64,000 nt of DNA from Eledone cirrhosa (Eukaryota). Of the stretch, positions 1 to 64,000 are shown one piece after another (the first letter of the stretch is position 1; each line of letters starts with the position of its first letter). Under the pieces are notes generated by a model. The model saw only the letters and a list, made by a program, of their open reading frames with translations. It made no database searches and was not told where the DNA came from. The DNA is taken from contig OZ024740.1 of the NCBI GenBank assembly GCA_964016885.1, positions 201,500,001 to 201,564,000 on the forward strand. The letters are read 5' to 3'. The position numbers were made by a program, and so were the translations under genes.

Positions 1-130
1 GCAGACAGGAGAAACAGAACTCAAAAGCGTATGTAGCACTTATTCAAATTAATTTAAAACTCCTGGTCCCTGAGTCACTGATATAGCTTCACAGCTATAA
101 TATGAATTATAAATATATGTGTGCATGTGA

Positions 131-162
<32 letters not shown>

Positions 163-454
163 CAAATTTAATATAGAAATGTTTTCTACAGGACTAGAAC
201 TGTTAAATTCGAAGAAAATCACCAGGAAAGCGATTTATTAAATTTTGTTGTATACACTCTACTAATGTATTGAGTACCTTACTTACTGTGGTTACCCCCG
301 ATTGAACCTGGGGCACACACACAATGTCAATAGGAGTATAATGTATTATTATAGGTTGCATCAATCTAAGAACACAATGCTATTATATGGATAGGACATT
401 CTGTGTTGAAAATATGTATTCTCAGCAACATCAGTTATTGGTGTAATTTAAGCA

Positions 455-673
455 AGAGAGAAAGTTTCAATTAAACACATTTTATTCATAATCATGTGTA
501 ACACGTGTATCACAAATGATCAGCTCAAGACCTTAATTTGATTTTCTATGCATTGCATGAGTAAAATGAAACCGGAGTTAGGCTGATCATAATCCATTAA
601 GCTGGTCATTTGTGAAACATATGTTATGTGTGATTACAAATAAAATATGTTAAACTGAAACTCTGTTCTCTCT
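455..673. repeat. Degenerate inverted repeat (about 70-bp arms) related to the hammerhead-bearing elements
   Basis: 455-525 is the imperfect reverse complement of 600-673; the arm contains agctgRtcatttgtGAAAC, similar to the 3' half of the motif at 20008-20095. Confidence 0.55.
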
Positions 674-1029
674 TGTTCAATATATGTGTGAAGTGTGTGT
701 GTATATATATAGATATATATATATAGATATATACACACATACATATAAACATATATACACATATGCATATACTCACACACACATATATATACTCAACAGC
801 AGCACTATCCCCACCAGTAAAATCCTTCAATTTGATTAGTATATCAATTCATCTGTCATGGTCAACCACTTTTTCTTTTATCAGTCTTTAGAAATCTCAC
901 ATAGAAACACAGAAACAATGCTGGTTAAAACAAGGAGTCTTATAGTAATTGTCTATTATACACCAACAATAGGAAGAAGAATTAAGAAGACGAATTAGGA
1001 AGAAGAGTTAAAGTAAAATATAAACAAAC

Positions 1030-59242
<58,213 letters not shown>

Positions 59243-59339
59243 CTGTAAATGATGGAGATGAAATACATTGGTCGTTGTTCAATTTTTTAAATATATTTTA
59301 ATATATGTATTAATTTTTATAAAATACAATGACTATGGC

Positions 59340-60077
59340 TTTCAAATATTTTCTAAATAATCAAGAGTTAATAGTAATAAAACTAGCTTTCTCGTTATTA
59401 AGCTGTTGTTTGGAACATAGCTTAACAAATATTCTTAAATAAAATTATGAAATTATGATAGGTTTTAGATAAATATACACACGTTCAAACATAGTTTTCA
59501 ATCATAGAACCATGATTAACATAAATATATTAACTCTTCCGTTACTATATGGAAAACATTGCCTGTGGTTTTCAAACAATTTTGAATATAATCAAGAATT
59601 TGGAGTGACTTAGTGATATAACTAACTTTCTCATTATTAAGCTGGTGTTTGGAACATAGTTTAACTAAGTTCCTTACATAGAATTATAATGGCAGTTACT
59701 GAGATAAATATGACTTCTTAAAAAATAAAAGTTTCATGTCCTAAAAGCAGGGGCAGTTTCAGGCAGTTTTGATATGATGTATATATTAAATCAGTAAGAT
59801 TCAGTCAGTATGTTCTATCTATTTGCCAATATAACTATCTCTACACTGGCACACAACTTTTCCTCCTCTTTACATTCTCTCTATTGATAAGGGGGAAATT
59901 CTTTAGTCAAAATGTTTTAAATAACATCAGTTAACGAAGTACTGCTAAAATTATAAAGAGATAGAGAAGGGGAGAAAGTATGTACTTGTGTGTGTGTCTG
60001 TAGAGAGAGTGTGTGTGTGTGTGTGTGTGTCTGTAGAGAGAGAGAGTGTGTGTGTGTGTGTGTGTATGTGTGTGTGT

Positions 60078-60119
<42 letters not shown>

Positions 60120-60176
60120 GTTTGTGTGTATGGGCATTATTTATATATATATAAAAAAAAATCACTTATGTATGTA

Positions 60177-60215
<39 letters not shown>

Positions 60216-61265
60216 TTACACACACATACACACACAAAGAGAAAGTGAAAGACATGTATAAAGCAAAGTAAAGGTGGAATTAAAAACATGCGAAGATGTT
60301 TGCCAGCTTAAAAAATGTTTTGTTGTCTTTTTGTAATTTTGTTTTTCCTTTAAATAAATATGATGTTGTGTTCATAGTGCAATAAGAAAACAATACAGGA
60401 TAAGAAATAAGCTTCTTAAAACTGAGAGAAGAATATTTGGCAGGGGTGCAAAATTTTTAGAAAAATTAATTATGTACCTAGCATAGTTGTTGGTTAAGGT
60501 ATTACAAGGATAATGATGATAAAAATAGATAAACTGTGGAAGAGAGCAAAGTTGAAACTTCAGGCACACTACAACAACAATTTCAGAGACCATTAACTCT
60601 TTTGTGACCATATCTCTAATGAAAGACACTGTCCTATGATTTTCACATAATTTTAAAAATTATCAACAAATTTAAGAAGCTTAGTAATATAACTAACTTA
60701 ATTGTTATTAACCCTTTTGATATATCAAACCACCTAAAACCACCCTTGGTTCTACAGTATACAATGTGTTTTAAAGTGTTTATATTTATCTAAAAACCTC
60801 CAATCATAATTTTATATGTGATTCTTTATGTTACATTCCAGACATGAGCAGAATTGATAAGACAGTTCTATTGCTAAATCCCTTCAAATTATTCTTTTCA
60901 AAATGATTTGAAAATCATAACCAGTGTCTTATATTAGAAATAGAAGGGTTCAGTTGAGGATTGGAACATAACTTAAGGGTTCTTTTGTAAAATTATGATG
61001 GAAGCTTTAAAATTAGAAACACATTGAGTCTTTCATTACCATATTCTGACTAGGATTTTCAAATAAGTTTTTAAATAATTTTTTTAAATGTGAAAGTATT
61101 TTATAAAATAACTTTCTCATTAAGACAGGTTTTTTTAACATAACTTAAAGCTTCTTAGGTAAAATTATGATGGAAAGTTTTTAGATATTTATAAACACTT
61201 TAAATACATGTTTTGTTTCATCGAACCAGGGGAAGAAGTTTCATGTGGTTTGATATGAAAAGTGT
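59340..61265. mobile_element. Cluster of degenerate TTAA-flanked piggyBac-like MITE remnants
   Basis: Recurrent ttaaccc/ttaactc..aagggtt/aagagttaa termini and shared blocks (actttctcattattaagctggtgtttggaacata). Confidence 0.5.
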
Positions 61266-61717
61266 TATGGTGATTAAACTGTACTTTATTAACCATACTT
61301 GGTGTTCACAATATTTTATATCTTAAGCCTAGAGCAATGTTTGGTAAGCAGCTTTGTACATCAGATTTTTATTTCTTTTTTATTTGTGTTATATTTGAAA
61401 TGCACTATATATTTTTAGTTGAGGTTTTTGTTGTAAGTCCAGCAGCTAAATTGCATGCTTGTTTTCGATGTCACATTTTTGTGGAATAAGGTGTGACCTA
61501 TACACAACTATATACAATATAGATTAGGTAATTGGAAATAATTTGATCTCATCTGATGTCTACAGCAGACAGACATCTAACAGGAGCAACAGAAATGGCA
61601 GGGGAAAGGAGTAGAGCTTCTTAGTATGATTGATCAAATGGATTGGTTTCTTTTATATACTATCATGAAGATTAGGTTCAGACAAGAGTATAGTAGAAGT
61701 ATCATTACACATTCAAA

Positions 61718-62065
61718 GGCATGGCTGTGGCTAAGGAGTTTGCTTCACACCAACTTGGTTCTGGCTTCTGTCATGCTATGCAGCACATTCGGCAAGTGTC
61801 TGCTAATACAGCATCAGGTTGACCAATGCCTTTAGAGTGGAATTTCATAGAATGAAAAAGCAGAATCCTGTTGTGCATGTATGTGTGTTTATGGTTGTAT
61901 CTGTGCCTTTGTTTATATCCCGTAACTTAGCAGTTTGATAAAAAGAGATCAATAAAATATATACCAGGCTTGAAAAATTGAGCACTGAGGTCAATATGAT
62001 CAACTAAAATCCCTTCAAGCCAGTGCTCCTGCATGGATGTAGTCTAATGACTGAAACCAGTAAAA
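61718..62065 (+). mobile_element. Degenerate tRNA-derived SINE (third family)
   Basis: ggcatggctgtggctaaggagtttgcttc head, ggcaagtgtc core, atgactgaaaccagtaaaa tail. Confidence 0.65.
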
Positions 62066-64000
62066 AGAAAAGAAAAAAAAAGAATATTCCGTATGTCAAT
62101 AGATTTAGGATTTTGATGGGTTAAAGTAGTTATCCAATATAGTTGGATTATATTTTAAATTCGTAAAGTCTGTAAAACTGATTGGAGATCCAGGTGAAGA
62201 TAATGATAAATATTTCCAACACAGTTATTAAATGAGAAACAAAAGAAGATGGAAAACTAACAGAGCATTAAGAGGCGGTGTTTATAGCTGGAAATATGCT
62301 TTGCTAATAAGTTGTTTTCCTTCTTTTATTTTAAAGTTGTTGTTGTGGTTGTTGCTGCTGCTGATGTACATATTATACAAGAGAGCATGATAATATACTC
62401 TGTATATTATGGAAAAATAATTCCATATGTAGGGTCATTTAGGTTAGCAATGGATCTAACAGCAATATAACCATCATACATTTTCAAAAAATTATAGTAA
62501 TTGAACCAATACTACTAACCTGGTACCGCTGTAGTTTAAACAGTTGACTGGAAACTTAATAAGAGGTAGGTAAGTAGAGAGGGAGTTAAAACATAAAACT
62601 CTAATCTATAACTGTAGCTGCCTGTTGTTGTATTCTTACGGCTGAAGTGTAAATGTTTATCAGCAGGGCAATGTAAGTGATTATGTAAGTAAATAATAAT
62701 AAGCAGTTATAATTCATTGAATCCTTTCTTCAAGACACTATTTAATGTTATCTACTGGCTTTTGGCCAACATCTGAGAAAGAGATGGAGAACAACAACAA
62801 AAAAACAAAGGACGGATGAAAGAAGCAAACGTTAGTGAGATAAGTGTGGTAGGGAAGGCTATTTCAGGAAAAGGACAAACAACAACAAAACAACAAATAG
62901 TGGTTGGACCAAAATGGAAATGGGTTCGGCTTCCATAATAGGCTATCAGAGAGAAGTAAGTGGAAGAAATAGGAAGGACAAGAATTTATGTTATTGATAA
63001 TATAACCATGACCTATTACAGTGGATTTTAGATCTTTACATGTTTGAAAATGTTACATTCTTGGTGACTTCTACTGGTTTATTACATATTCTGTATGAAA
63101 TGCAAAGTCCTTTTTATTCAAGAAATAAACACAAGCATTTGTTTCTTCTGAATCAAATTCTACTCTACTGCTTCTTAACAAAACCTATTTTACCCAAATC
63201 CATGTGAGTGAGCTACTACAATGGATGGCAAGGAGCCAGTGATAAAGAGGTGGTATTATTTACTTAGACTTTAATTCCTTTTCTGTTTATAAGACAGCAG
63301 TGACATCATAGCTAGAGCTATAGTAACAACATTAGCTAGCATCAGGAGGCAAGTTATTCCACAGATGCCAACAATAAGGCATGTTATCAACAATGAAGCA
63401 GGAATTGAGAGATAGAAGATATTGCCATAGGGTAAAGAGGTAAAAATATCAAAACACCACCACTAAGTACTCCTCACAATCAACATGAAGATAGTGATTA
63501 ATTAAATTCAGCTTCATGTCAAGTGAATGTGAAATAAACTCCAGAGAAAGAAATAGTGGAGATAAAACAGCACACATTTTCAAATGTTCTACTTGAAAAC
63601 AGAAACAACAGCTAAATTCGACTACAATGAAGGACATTCATTCTATTGAAAACTAGAAGAATTACAATATTTGGGGATAGATAAAAACAGTTAATCTGTG
63701 GGAGATATTGATTATGTGGGACATAAACAAACATGTTAAAATTTTAATCAAAATTTTGAGGGTTTCAATATCGAATGATAATTTTCAACAGCTAAACTGG
63801 GGGACATATTGTTTATGTAGGACAAAAAAAAACAGCACCCTTTGTTTTGAAATATCAAAAGGCTGAGCACTATCATATGTAGGGGATATAATTTTTTTTT
63901 TTTTTGACTTCAACATCATTTTTTTTTTTTTTTAAAACACTTTAGTCTTTATTGTGTTGTATCAGATGAAAGAATGGTATTTAACTAATGTATTGGTACA

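Noticed and set aside
287-307. 21-nt AG..GTAAGT-bounded candidate exon on the minus strand
   Set aside because: In the required phase 2 it reads R-F-N-R-G-stop, and the polypyrimidine tract is poor. It could only be a poison exon and I have no support for that.
62520-62547. Possible 9-nt (RYQ) or 28-nt exon ending CAG|gttagt
   Set aside because: Too short to distinguish from chance, and it does not resemble the expected upstream RhoGEF exon.
62700-62800. Strong acceptor ctccatctctttctcag at 62773-62774 (minus)
   Set aside because: All three frames stop within 12 codons and there is no convincing donor; an alternative terminal exon cannot be supported without RNA data.

Overview
AT-rich, microsatellite-dense animal genomic DNA. 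The SINE/LINE repertoire resembles a coleoid cephalopod (Octopus-like); that assignment is inference. The whole window lies inside one large minus-strand gene encoding an RH(RGS-like)-RhoGEF of the ARHGEF11/ARHGEF12/Drosophila RhoGEF2 type. I reconstructed 15 GT-AG exons (59242 down to 1030; 1763 nt, about 587 codons, all phases compatible) covering a coiled-coil segment, the RH domain, a C1 zinc finger and the GRSESLK/SDVDMD linker. The PDZ and DH-PH exons should lie outside the window. Introns are packed with mobile DNA: young RTE LINEs (one uninterrupted 783-codon 5'-truncated ORF with a PHD-type finger just after the RT core); fragments of R4/Dong, CRE, CR1 and Tx1-like LINEs; several tRNA-derived SINE families including a SINE/RTE-tail chimera; hAT and piggyBac-like MITEs; and a non-autonomous Helitron. 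The most unusual signal is a set of non-coding, microsatellite-embedded, mostly palindromic elements carrying minimal hammerhead-ribozyme cores (CUGAUGA-stem II-GAAA-short stem III), three readable on the pre-mRNA strand. Other leads are tandemly duplicated splice acceptors, candidate micro-exons and a candidate internal first exon. Repeat boundaries were read by eye and are approximate unless a TSD or TIR is quoted.
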